Shown piece after piece: positions 39,050 through 49,946 of a DNA stretch of 64,000 bases. Every line of letters begins with the position of its first letter. Position 1 is the stretch's first letter. The stretch comes from Octopus vulgaris (lineage: Eukaryota), in the NCBI GenBank assembly GCA_951406725.2, contig OX597814.1, positions 160,890,001 through 160,954,000 on the forward strand. The letters are read 5' to 3'. A program made the translations under genes and the position numbers. The notes under the pieces were generated by a model. It was given only the letters and a program-made list of their open reading frames with translations, was not told the DNA's origin and ran no database searches.

Positions 39050-40380
39050 TAACATCATCATCATTAAATGTCCATCTTTCATGCTGGCACAGGCTGGATG
39101 GTTTTACAGGAACCATCAAATTGAGCTCCAATTGCTATCTTGGCATGATTTCTACAGGTGGATGTCCTTCCTAACACCAACCAGTTACAGACTGTACTGG
39201 TTTATGTTGATGCCTTGCTGTACTCAAGAAAACCCATCCACCACAACAGAATTGATACTGGTGCTGGTGCCACATAAAAACCACTCATGCTGGTGCCACA
39301 TAAAAGCACTTGTGCAAGTGCCACATTAAAAGCGTTGGTGCTGGTGCCACATAGAAATACCCAGTCCACTCTGTAGAGTGGTTGGTGTTAGGAAGGGCAT
39401 CCTATCTTGGAAATCATGCTAGAATAGACAATGAAGTCTGGTGAGGCCCCTGGTCATATCAGATCTGGTCAAGCCATTCAACTCATGCCAGTATGGAAAA
39501 TGGAAGTTAAATGATGATGAGGATGATGATGGCACAAGTGAGGTCATCAAGCAACATGCATTTCAAGGAAAAAAGATCCCTCAAATGAGTAGGATTGTAG
39601 TGGAGAGGGAGGTGGCTTTATACCAGATGTTGAGAGGCTAAAATATGACAGAAGAACAGGGACAGGTGTCATGTTATAGAGGAGAAACATGGCTATCTCA
39701 CAATAGATATTGGTGAGTGGGAGAAGTGGTGGTGGTTACAAGGTGTCATAGTGTACTCTCAAGATACAAGAAGGGGAGTATAAAAGAGAATATTTACAGA
39801 GGATCAGAAAGGGTGGGTGTATAAATTCCGTAGAGTGTGAGAGGAGAATTACAGATTGTTAGAGATGAGTGTAGAGGTAAATGTTGTAGATAGGATAAAG
39901 GAAGCAATGTGGTCGATGATAAATATCAGTATGGGCAGGAGGAAGGTGAAAGAATAGGAGTGACTCAGTAAGGAGGAGGTGATAAGTGGAAGTACAGGGA
40001 GAGAGGAGAATAGTAGTGTAATACATCTATAGGCAGCTCAGATAATATGAAGATTTTACATGAGATGAGAGTGGAAGTGGTGTGAGAGAGAGAGTTGTAC
40101 AGTGACTGAAATGGATGTCAGTGGTATGTAGGGATGGCTATAGTGAGTGGAATGCAAGGGGATGGGTGATGCTGCCCATAGCAGATATGACAGGGTGATG
40201 AGAATGACAGCAAATAAGAGAGGGTGTTAAAGATAAGATAATGACAGTCCTAAAATGCATTGCAGAGGTAACCGGTGGTAAAGAAAGGGGTAACTGGTGG
40301 AAAATAAAGGGAGAAAGGATGATATTGAGAATGAGGGGTGGATTTAAAAAAGGAGCAATTCCAGGGAGATGGGAAAGTAA
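39050..40380. mobile_element. RTE tail fragments (both strands) plus purine-rich antisense 3' UTR module
   Basis: Tail motifs; four 26-bp units at 39263-39362; ggaggtggctttat..acaggtgt..tatagaggaga.acatggcta shared with 62270-62365 and, as reverse complement, ~55405-55487. Confidence 0.7.
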
Positions 40381-41633
40381 CTGATAGCACATGCACATGT
40401 GCATTTGTGTGTGTGCATGTGCATGAGTGCATGCATGTGTGTGTATGCATGTGTGTGTGCACATGCATGTGTGTGTGTGTGTATGAACAACTATATAAAT
40501 AAGTACCTGCTTACATCAATGTATTCTTGCACAAACGTCAATGTGATATGCTAATAATGTCACATAAAAGTTATTCCCTCTTTGATCTACTAATTGAGAG
40601 TAAATATTTATCTTCACGGCAGCCTGTTTTCATGCCTCTTGCTAAACTATTTTTATTTCTTGACAACAAAGCTACACAGACTCTAAGCTGCATAACTATT
40701 AACTACTGCACATACTAATATAGTGCTGCTGGCTGTCTTTATTATATTTTCCATGTTACCACATTGTCTTACAACATTAATATACCAACTCAACAGTGTC
40801 CCTTGTTGATCAAGATAGCCATATATCACAAAACCTTATGGTCTCTGTCTCCACAATTTTGCATTTTATTATTTTTTTTGTATTTCTTATTATGTATTAC
40901 CTTTTCAGAAATATTAAAAGGAGACTACGGTCAGCGGTACTGGATATTAATAGTTATCGCCAAGCTAATATGGCAGTCCAGAAATATAGGATGAATGTTG
41001 CCATTGATTAGCTCCAAGAGGCCATCGCCTCTAGCTAGCTATGTGACACATGAACCTGTGTCCATTATAACCTTTGAACAAGGGAGGTCAGCTGCTTCCT
41101 CTTGCTGGTCAGGCATCTGCAGACTAGTTTAAGAGTATTATCTTTTTACTTTTCATATATTCCTACATCCTCTAAAAACAAACCTATAATGTATTACATA
41201 TGTTGCAGGAAATTTCAGCAGTCACATCAATACATCCAATATCATGATTCACAAGAATATTACCCACATGATCAACAAAATCTGACCAATTATGATGCTT
41301 CATTTTTCACTTATAAGCACATACCTAAACACTTAACATGCAAAATACAAGAATATGACAGTTTCCTTCACTCAAACATCCAGTCAGGACTTGGCATTAT
41401 ATTAAAACACTTTCTTGTGCTTTTTCTGAAAGAAGTTATACATACTGAATGTGCTTGCTCCACCATTAATTGACATCTGAAGGTTAAAATCTTGAAAATC
41501 AGAGTAATGGTTAGGGATTTTTTCCAATAAAAACTCTACAATAAGTATGGAGTATATTTTTTCCTCCTTCTGAAGGCAATTGTGCTTTTAACACACAGAT
41601 ATACAAGCACACACACATACATGCCCATATATA

Positions 41634-42638
41634 CAGGGTGGGGCGAAATGATCTGACACATTTGTAGGTTAAATAAAAGTGAAATAGGGAAAAGAACGAA
41701 AAATGTTTTTATTTTTCAAACGCTTGTTTGAAACCAACCCATCCACATCCATGACAACTCATGCAAAGAAATGCAATGTAACCCTTTCTATGGTGTCCAA
41801 AGCTGTGAACAGGAACCTTGGCATGACTAGCTATGTTCGACAATGCCGTCACCACCTAACAGCCAAGGCAATCAGACCTGAGGGATGTCCAAAGCTTCAG
41901 TCATTTATCAAGCATCAAGGTGCAGGAAAAACCTTTGTGCTTGTGGACAAGAAGAAGTTCACTGTGGATACTAAGGTGAATCACAGAAATTCTCAAGTGA
42001 TTGCATACAACCCTTCTGATGTCCCTCTGCTTTTGAGACTAAGAATCCTGCCTCTGTGATGGTATTTGGAGCTGTGGTGAATGATGGAAGTGTCATGGAT
42101 TCACACTTCATTGAATCTGGCTTGAAGATCGGCACAAAGGAGTATCTGGACATCCTGAAGAACTCTCCATGACTTTAGATCGAGTAGAAGTTTGGGGTTG
42201 ACAATGTGGTGCTTATCCAAGATTCTGCACCATGCCATGAGTCAAAAGCAACACAGGCCTTCCTTGGTGAGAAGGTGCCATTTTTTTTGTGAGGGCCAAT
42301 ATCTGGCCCAGTAATAGCCCAGATTTCAACCATCTCAATTACTTTTTACAAGGTATGCTTCAATTAAGGACCAATGCTTCACCACACTCAAGTGTCAACA
42401 GTTTGAAGACCTGCATCATGCATATGACATGCAAAATCAAAACGGTGTAGGTTGCAGCAACTACAAAAAAATTTCGTTTTTGTGTGGAGGCAGTAATTGT
42501 TCTAATGGACAGCCATATTGAGTGATAAATATTTTTGTTGTAATAAATGTTACATTAAAATTATATCTGTCTACTACCATTTTTTATAATCAGTTTTATG
42601 CATTGTAAAAATTGTCTCAATTTATCTGCAAGAACCTG
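41634..42638 (+). mobile_element. DD37D (maT-type) transposon relic, second family
   Basis: TA|cagggtggggcg..cctg|TA; FVLVDKKKFTVD..NHRNSQ..SVMVFGAV..QDSAPCHESKATQAFL..IWPSNSPDFNHLNY. Confidence 0.85.
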
Positions 42639-42977
42639 TAGGCTATATACTTCTGCAATTGTTAGTTTTGGTATGGTTACCATGGCTGAATGTCAGTCGC
42701 TTTACAGAGTGTAGTGGAAGCTTTTCTGTGCCACCAGCACAACTGAGATCATCTTGCAACTAACTGGCAAGACTAATGAACCACCAATGACTGGAAGAAG
42801 AATATAAGAGAGATGTTGATTTTAGCTAAAGGTGATAAGAGGTGAGATATGATGAAAGGAGCAGATTTATTATTGTGAAGGAGTAATATAGGGAGAATAA
42901 CTGAGTAGATACTGATGGGAGGGATGGAATGGAATGACAGGGAAAAGGCAAGGAAGTAGTATCAGGGATATGAGAGA

Positions 42978-43012
<35 letters not shown>

Positions 43013-43479
43013 GAAGGTAGGGAGAGAGGGAAGGGGCATGGGGAGGGAGAGAATAATAGAAGGCTGATGGGATTGATTGTGTAAGAGGCATTTTGTGTTA
43101 TCCCATGTTATAAGGGTGAATGTGGGTAGAAAGTGAAAGGAAGTGGGGGTGAGATAAACAAAGAGATGAGAGTAACAAGGATCTGGAGAGGTTGTGCGAA
43201 AAGAGACATTACAGACTAAGGGAGGTGCGAGAGAGCTGTAAGGGTGGTAGAAAAGGAGAGATGAGAAAGTGTTAAGTTGGTAGACAAGCTGTGAGAAGCT
43301 GGTGAGGGAAAGACAGGCAGTGGGTGAATGTAGGAAGAGAAAAGAGAGCCTGCAGGGGACCACAGAGGTGGGGGGAAAAATAGAGGTTGAATGCAGTTTA
43401 AAGCATCTCAAAAGAAAGAAAGGCAGGTGAAAGCAATAAACTGATGCATTGAAAGCACCCTACCCATCTCCCCTTGTTA

Positions 43480-43812
43480 GTGTTCACACTGTTCAGCTTG
43501 CACCTAAAAGTGGGTTTTCTCAAATACAGTATGTCACCAATTGCTGCAATTCCCAGCCATCACTTCTGTGAGATTCAGCATCTTGAGATCAGATTTCATC
43601 TTTTTGTCCCATGTTGTTCTAAGTCTTCCTTTACCACAAGGCTGATCAGCTTTAAACACTCAGCCCTATTTTATGCAGCTGTCATCATCCATACTCATTA
43701 TATGTCCATATTAACACAATTTTTTTTGTCTTGCAAGCTACATCAGATTCCTCTCATACACAGATTTTCTCTGTGGTCATTTGTACCGTGCTGACCATAC
43801 ACACTGATAATA
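43480..43812 (-). mobile_element. Decayed RTE RT C-terminal fragment
   Basis: Reverse complement of the tatggatgaggacagctg..catgggacaa block seen in the other RTE copies. Confidence 0.7.
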
Positions 43813-43823
43813 CAGTTCTATTA

Positions 43824-44175
43824 AGGCGGCGAGCTGGCAGAAACGCCGAGGTCGACTTTGCCTTTTATCCTTTCGGGGTCGATAAATTAAAGTACCAGTT
43901 ACGCACTGGGGTCAATGTAATCGACTTAATACCTATGTCTGTCCTTGTTTGTCCCCTCTATGTTTAGCCCCTTGTGGGTAATAAAGAAATAGGTATTTCG
44001 TCTGTCGTTATGTTCTGAATTCAAATTCCGCTGAGGTCGACTTTGCCTTTCATCCTTTCGGGGTCGATAAAAAAATACCAGTTTCGCACTGGGGTCGATG
44101 TAATCGACTTAATCCCTTTGTCTGTCCTTGTTTGTCCCTTCTATGTTTAGCCCCTTGTGGGCAGTAAAGAAATAA
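43824..44175 (+). mobile_element. Tandem dimer of young Deu-core SINE B
   Basis: Two near-identical gaggtcgactttgcc..agccccttgtggg..aaagaaata units; the first has a head deletion and the second lacks the A box. Confidence 0.92.
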
Positions 44176-44177
44176 AT

Positions 44178-44356
44178 TCAGTTCTATATTTAAGAGATAA
44201 GGAATTATGTACATTATTTACATTTGACGGATATTTGTCCTCATCTTGTTTGTTGTTAACACAACGTTTCGGTCGATATACCCCCCCCAGCCTTAGGAAT
44301 GAGAACCCAGGTTCGAAATTTCCACCAAGACACCTGATGAAAGTGTCTTGGGGAAA
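44178..44356 (-). mobile_element. Penelope-type terminal repeat fragment with a rearranged hammerhead
   Basis: acgtttcgg (minus strand CCGAAACGT) at 44264-72 and plus-strand CTGATGA at 44334-40, which sits inside a 14-bp stem. Confidence 0.6.
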
Positions 44357-44429
44357 CGTACACACTAACTTTACATATACAGCACAAAATGTCCAACTTA
44401 ATTTCTGTCTAGTCTTTATAAATCCCCTG

Positions 44430-44765
44430 CACTCAGATTTCGGGTCTCACTACCATGTAGCATTGTATTTGACACACAAGCATCAATCTGTCCTTTCTTG
44501 TCAACAGAGAGAATAACTCACTTAATTCAGCCCCAGTTCTTTCCCTGGTTACTATGTTTTCAAGATAACAGCTTCCACCGCAAATTATGTCGCGTAGGTA
44601 ACAAAAGCTATTGACTACTTCTATAGAACCTTCTGAGCAGTTGAGAGAATTTACCTCCAGAGTGCTCTTCGTGCTTAATATTCTGAGCACTTGCCACATA
44701 TGAAGGCTATCTATGCTATTAGCCTGTCTGTGATTCCACTACACCTCTTGTGTGTCTACCGCTTA
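44430..44765 (-). mobile_element. Decayed RTE RT fragment
   Basis: SLNCSEGSIEVVNSFCYLRD..ENIVTR.R..ELFSLL. Confidence 0.85.
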
Positions 44766-45796
44766 CCACTACTGGTTGCACGCACGAAGTTTTTACCGAC
44801 TTTTTTTCTGCATGCGAGCAAGGCCTTTTCCTAGTTGGTTATAGATTTTTGTCTTAAAATCATATATTCCCTCTATTTCATATATCGAGTGTGTTTGGGG
44901 GAGTGGATCGTACGCTACATCCGATCACCCCACATATATACACATGCTCTCTGTGTGCGCGCATGTTTACATTTTAAACTATGAAAAATACGCGGATATA
45001 AAACATTACATAACAGGTTCAAATATATTTTTAAAGCCTTGATTCCCTTCATTAAAAACAAACATGTAATCATTATTTAACCCAAAGTTAATCAACATTC
45101 AATAAAAGATAATTTTCACTACTTATAGAGCCAAATTTAATATAATTCTTAGTCATTTAACCCTGCGTCAGTTTCGATCGAGTAGACTTGTTATAGAAGA
45201 CGTTCCACCTTTTCTGTTAGTCATAGTTAGGACAACATTTATCTTCTGTATCTTTGTATCTATATTGTGTACTGGGAATGAGATTAGGCGGCTATTTCTA
45301 CGAAATCGAGAGATAACACTCGTTGGATCGTTTAGAGTTAAATTTATCAGCTACAGATTCTACCAAAGATTTAGAATTCACAAAACAACCAATTCATAAC
45401 AAACAGGTTCAGTGACTTAGAAATGAAATAAACTTCTAAAACAAAATTAAAAATGAACGCTACTATGACATCACTGATCAGGTGGTAAAAAATCTCTTCA
45501 AAGTTTTTAAAAAAAGTTTTGAAACAATTTAGTGTGTAAAAAATATATAATATCGGAGTTGTAATAGTAAGTGAAATGCGTAAAAGAGATGTAAATTAAT
45601 GAAAATATGCATCACCGAGATGTAAATGTGAACAAAGGGACGCTACTCTTACTTTTTTTCTTTAACCATCTTCGTAGTTTTTTCCTTTCGTTTCGAAACA
45701 AAAAATTTAAAACAAGGAAAAATATAACAGATGAGTTTTCACAGAACGTAAAAAGCTGAAGCTGTCCAAGTTAACAGAATATTAGACTGCCATCAG

Positions 45797-45881
45797 ATGG
45801 GTCGATTGTTCGTATCACGTTACTGGAGCTATTTCATGCCAACTTCTAATGTAGTTTTCTCTCAAAAGCCCCAATGGCTAG
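45797..45881 (+). other. Candidate first exon (ATG to gtaag donor) in CpG-retaining unique DNA
   Basis: 28 open codons MGRLFVSRYWSYFMPTSNVVFSQKPQWL ending at CTAG|GTAAGA; no homology recognised and no downstream coding exon found. Confidence 0.25.
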
Positions 45882-46396
45882 GTAAGAATTACTATTGTAA
45901 AAAATGTCAGCACTGTCTAATTGATGAGTGTTTGATTGATTTGTAGAACTGAATTTAAATTCTGAAATAGATGTATAGATGCGAGAGGGATTGGTTCTGT
46001 CAACTTGTTTAAGTCTACAAACGTGAAGTTGGAATCTTCAGTGATGTTCTCAACAGCCCAATAATGAATTAAGGAATCCACCAATGCTAATTGCATAAGA
46101 CCCATGCAAGGATGAATAAGTGAGTCGATTTCAAAGGCACAATTACAGAGCATTTATGTAAATAATAGCATTTGTGATATACAGATACATAAAATACGTT
46201 TGTGTTCTATGAGAAGAATTTAGTTCTGACTTTTCAGATAGTATCATCTTGAATTGTATTATCTAAAATGCCCTCCTTTTCAAAATGGTAGGATATGATG
46301 TGAGGGAAATTTGACTAATATTTCTCAATGAATCAAGCATTTACATAGAGGCTCCTATTTTATTAATACTGTTCTGATTATTACTATGCTGATTAC

Positions 46397-46630
46397 GGCA
46401 TCAGTTGTTAGTTGTCGGAGCACTGCATCCTTCAAAACTTCCATGCTTCCTGAGATTCGCCAACACTACACCTAATTTTCCCCCCTCTATACACACACAA
46501 GAATGTACCTGACTCATACACTGTTCGCTTTCCAGACATTTGTACATTACTGCATATACTTTATATGCACTTTTGACAAGTTGTGGTGCACCTGAGCACT
46601 GTATACAATAATTTCATTATTATTATCATT
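46397..46630 (+). mobile_element. Short CR1-group LINE 3' end
   Basis: Near-identical to 33705-33930. Confidence 0.93.
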
Positions 46631-47229
46631 ATTTTTATAATAGTCCAGCTAAGTGAAGTCATAGTCATGGCCAGTGCCAATGACACGTAAAAGGCACCCA
46701 GTACAGTTTGTGGAGTGGATGACATTAGGAAGGGCAGTCAGCCATAGAAATCAAGCCAAACCAGATTGGAGCCAGGTGCAGCTCTCCAGTTTACCAGTAC
46801 CACCTAAACTGTCTAATCCATGCTAAGCATGAAAAATGGTCATTAAATGATGATGATGAATAGTAATAATGATTTATCACATTGGCTCATGGTTACAAAT
46901 TTAAAATAAGCAAAATTTCTGACTAAACAAGTAAGGGTTGGTAACAGGAAGAGTGTTTAGTCATAAACTGCTGCCCTGAATATATCCCCAAGCAATCCAT
47001 GTTTGCATAGATAAATGGATGGTAAATGAAGAAAAGAACAAGAAAAGAATATGCCTAGTTAAGTGAATTAACCCAATAAAGTTATTGGATATTATTTTAT
47101 CAACACCAGAGAAATGGTAAAAAAAAAATCTACTCAAGTAAGACATGAACTTGGAATGTGGGTGGACAAAACTAATTACTGCAAGGTGTTTAAATTTGAC
47201 TCTACAGACTGGATTATTCTCATAGCTGA

Positions 47230-47550
47230 AGGTGTGTGGCGTTGTGCTTAGGGTATTCAACCCATGACTGTAAGGTCGTGAGTTCAATTCCTGGCAGCAC
47301 ATCAGGTCCCTGAGCAAGACACTTTATTTTACATTGCTCCAGTTAACTCAGCTGGCAAAAATGAGTGGTACATGCAATTCAAAAGGCCAGCCTTATTACA
47401 TTCAGTGTCATGCTGAATCTCCTTGAGAACAGTGTTAAGAACATGCATGTCTGTGGAGTGCTCAGCCACTTGCACATCAAATTCTTGAGCAGGCTGTTCT
47501 ATTGATGAGAACAACTGGAGCCCTCGTTGTCATAACTGACAGACTGCTAC
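47230..47550 (+). mobile_element. tRNA-SINE family C
   Basis: aggtcgtgagttcaattcctgg B-box and cctgagcaagacacttt core. Confidence 0.85.
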
Positions 47551-47986
47551 TTAGGCTGTGTGATTAAGAAGTTTGCTTTGCAGCTATATGGTTTCAATTT
47601 CAATCTCACTACACAGTACCTTCTGCAAATATTTACTACCTTGGCTTCAGGTCTATAGGGGAACTATTCCCATTCTTGGGTGGTTGAATTAATATGTTGC
47701 CCAGTTTAATACTGCTACCTTTGAATAGCCTTAGTAGAGTCCACACTGTTGGAAGCATTCAGGCCAGTCAGTGGCCTGAGGTTAACTTCTCATCAGTCTC
47801 AGACACTTTAAAAAGTACATAGGCATTACCCTTTCTCCTCTAAGTAGTAAGTGGGGGTGAGCAGGTGATCAATGAAAGTATGGGTGATAATCAGTATTAA
47901 TGGATGAACATGTATGATTTAAATAAAAATGAGCTAACAGTAGCCAGTAGCATGTGTATTGAACAACATAGACAAAAATGGATATG

Positions 47987-48527
47987 TCAAATACCATACA
48001 ACATGGATTCTTGATTTATCAAAACTATCTCTACCTCTAGAGGATGGGTTAAAGTTATTAACCCTTTAACATTCAAGTTACTCTGTCAAATGTAATGTTT
48101 ATTTATTCACATTGTTTTGAATTAATTATGCATTCTCATGGCTTGAAGATTTCAATGAAGTGATTGTTTATTTTTAGAATGATGTTGTAGAGCAGGTGTA
48201 AGAAACTAGATCTGACTGGTTTGATCATAAAACAGGTACGATATTGAGACTGGATATGGCCAGTTTAATTGCCAAAGGGTTAAATGGCAATTGTCATGTT
48301 AATAACACTTATTGAAGCAGAAATATGTGTTCACAATTGTCCTCTTATCTCCAGACAATAAAACCTCTCCTTTTCCTTAATGGTATGTCAATTCTGGAGA
48401 ATTTTTGATTCTTGATAATATCTTTTCTTCTCCCAGGGAGCTGGTCTTGATTTCCATTTCATAATTGCAACCACATCCTCTTGAGACAGATATAATTTTA
48501 ATAAATCAAGAATTGCATGGTATTTGA
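47987..48527. repeat. Old fold-back element (~85-bp arms); left arm interrupted by a TTAA MITE
   Basis: tcaaataccat..attcttgatttat.aaaa.tat.tct..ctc.agaggatg matches the reverse complement of 48472-48527. Confidence 0.75.
48062..48279. mobile_element. TTAA-flanked piggyBac-type MITE
   Basis: TTAA|ccctttaacatt ... aattgccaaaggg|TTAA. Confidence 0.9.
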
Positions 48528-49109
48528 TACGCCTGTATTTGTGTGTCATGTATACATATCATACATGTATGTACATTTATTACAACATGGATTCTTGATT
48601 TGGAAGGGCATTCAGCTGTAAAAATCATGCTATAACTAACCTCACCTTTGCTTGTGCCACATAAAAAGCACTAAGTCCACTCTGTAGAGTGGTTGGTGTT
48701 AGGAAGGGCATCCAGCCATAAAATCCCAGCCAAAACAGACACAGTAGCCTGGGGTAGTCTTTTAACTGGCCAGCTCCTGTCAACTGTCCTATCCATGTAC
48801 GCATGGAAGACAGTCATTGAATGATGATATATATTGATTAAAGAGGATCAATTAAACTCAGGACATATCAATGGCTACATCATTTCCTACTGTCTCTACC
48901 TGCGGCAGAATACACTCTAACATGAGTTAGGTGCCTCCGTAGTATGAATCTGGGCATACCTCATGTTAGCTTAATCAGCCATACTCTTCCATGCTGGCTT
49001 AGGGCAAGTTGGAAGAGGGTATTAATTTTGAAGTTTTCCTTCTCCTAGATTGATTGTTTTTACTGCAGCTAAGGAGTTCAATCTACTCTTACAAAAATCT
49101 ATGTGACCC

Positions 49110-49260
49110 ATACATGGGACCCTGACTGGTACTACCATTCTGGGTCAGGATGGACCTGGGAGTAATGGTAATTAAGGGGTGACTCCATGCTCTCCACAAC
49201 TTCAGAACTTCCAAACTGAAGCCTTACCACCATATCCAGTTTAATGTTATACCCAAAACC
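49110..49260 (-). mobile_element. SINE-like repeat fragment
   Basis: Minus strand gggtataacattaaactg..ggtggtaaggc..ttactcccaggtcc..gacccagaatggtagtacc resembles a SINE body. Confidence 0.5.
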
Positions 49261-49390
49261 AATGGCTATATAGTAAAACACAAGCCAACAGGTAAACAAT
49301 CCAGGAGGTCCACTGATGTTTGGTAATCTGCAACTTCTTGAATATCCAGAGTCGAAAACTTCAGCACAGTGTAAAATAACAATAAAAACA

Positions 49391-49946
49391 TATGGATTAT
49401 ATGATACATCATCATCATCATCATCTTACATCTGCTCTCCATGCTTGCATGGGTTGGGTGGTTTGACAGGAGCTGGTTAGGCAGAAGACTGCATCAGACT
49501 TCTGTGTCTATTTTGACATGACTTTTATGGCTGGATGCCCTTCCTAATACCAACCACCCAACAGAGTGGACTGAGTGCTTTTTATGTGATACCAGCACAA
49601 GCAAGGTCAGTTTTGGCATGGTTTTTACAACTGGATGCCCATCCAAATGCTAACCACTTTACAGTGTGGACTGGTACCGCTACAATTATTTCATTACGAG
49701 ATTTTATCGCATTGTAAAACTGTGCAGGCAGGGATGTATGAAGTGCAGCAAAATACTGCAAAACACAACAGAGAGCCTCCCAACTCACCAGGCTGCACTA
49801 TGTTGCATAAGAGCAAATATCAACATATCAATGGACAGTGTAGCTTAATGACATGCAGTATCTAATAGATGTTGCACTCCCTACAATTTTTACAATGCAA
49901 TAAAATCCCTTAATAAAATGATTGTATCGATACCAAATAATCCATA
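49391..49946. mobile_element. MITE-like fold-back with an RTE tail inserted in its left arm
   Basis: ggtaccgctacaattatttcattacgagattttatcgcattgtaaaa (49673) pairs with ttttacaatgcaataaaatcccttaataaaatgattgtatcgatacc (ends 49934); outer arms tatggattat / ataatccata. Confidence 0.8.

Noticed and set aside
45920-45966. C/D box snoRNA (TTGATGA...CTGA)
   Set aside because: Too short, with no terminal stem or recognisable guide.
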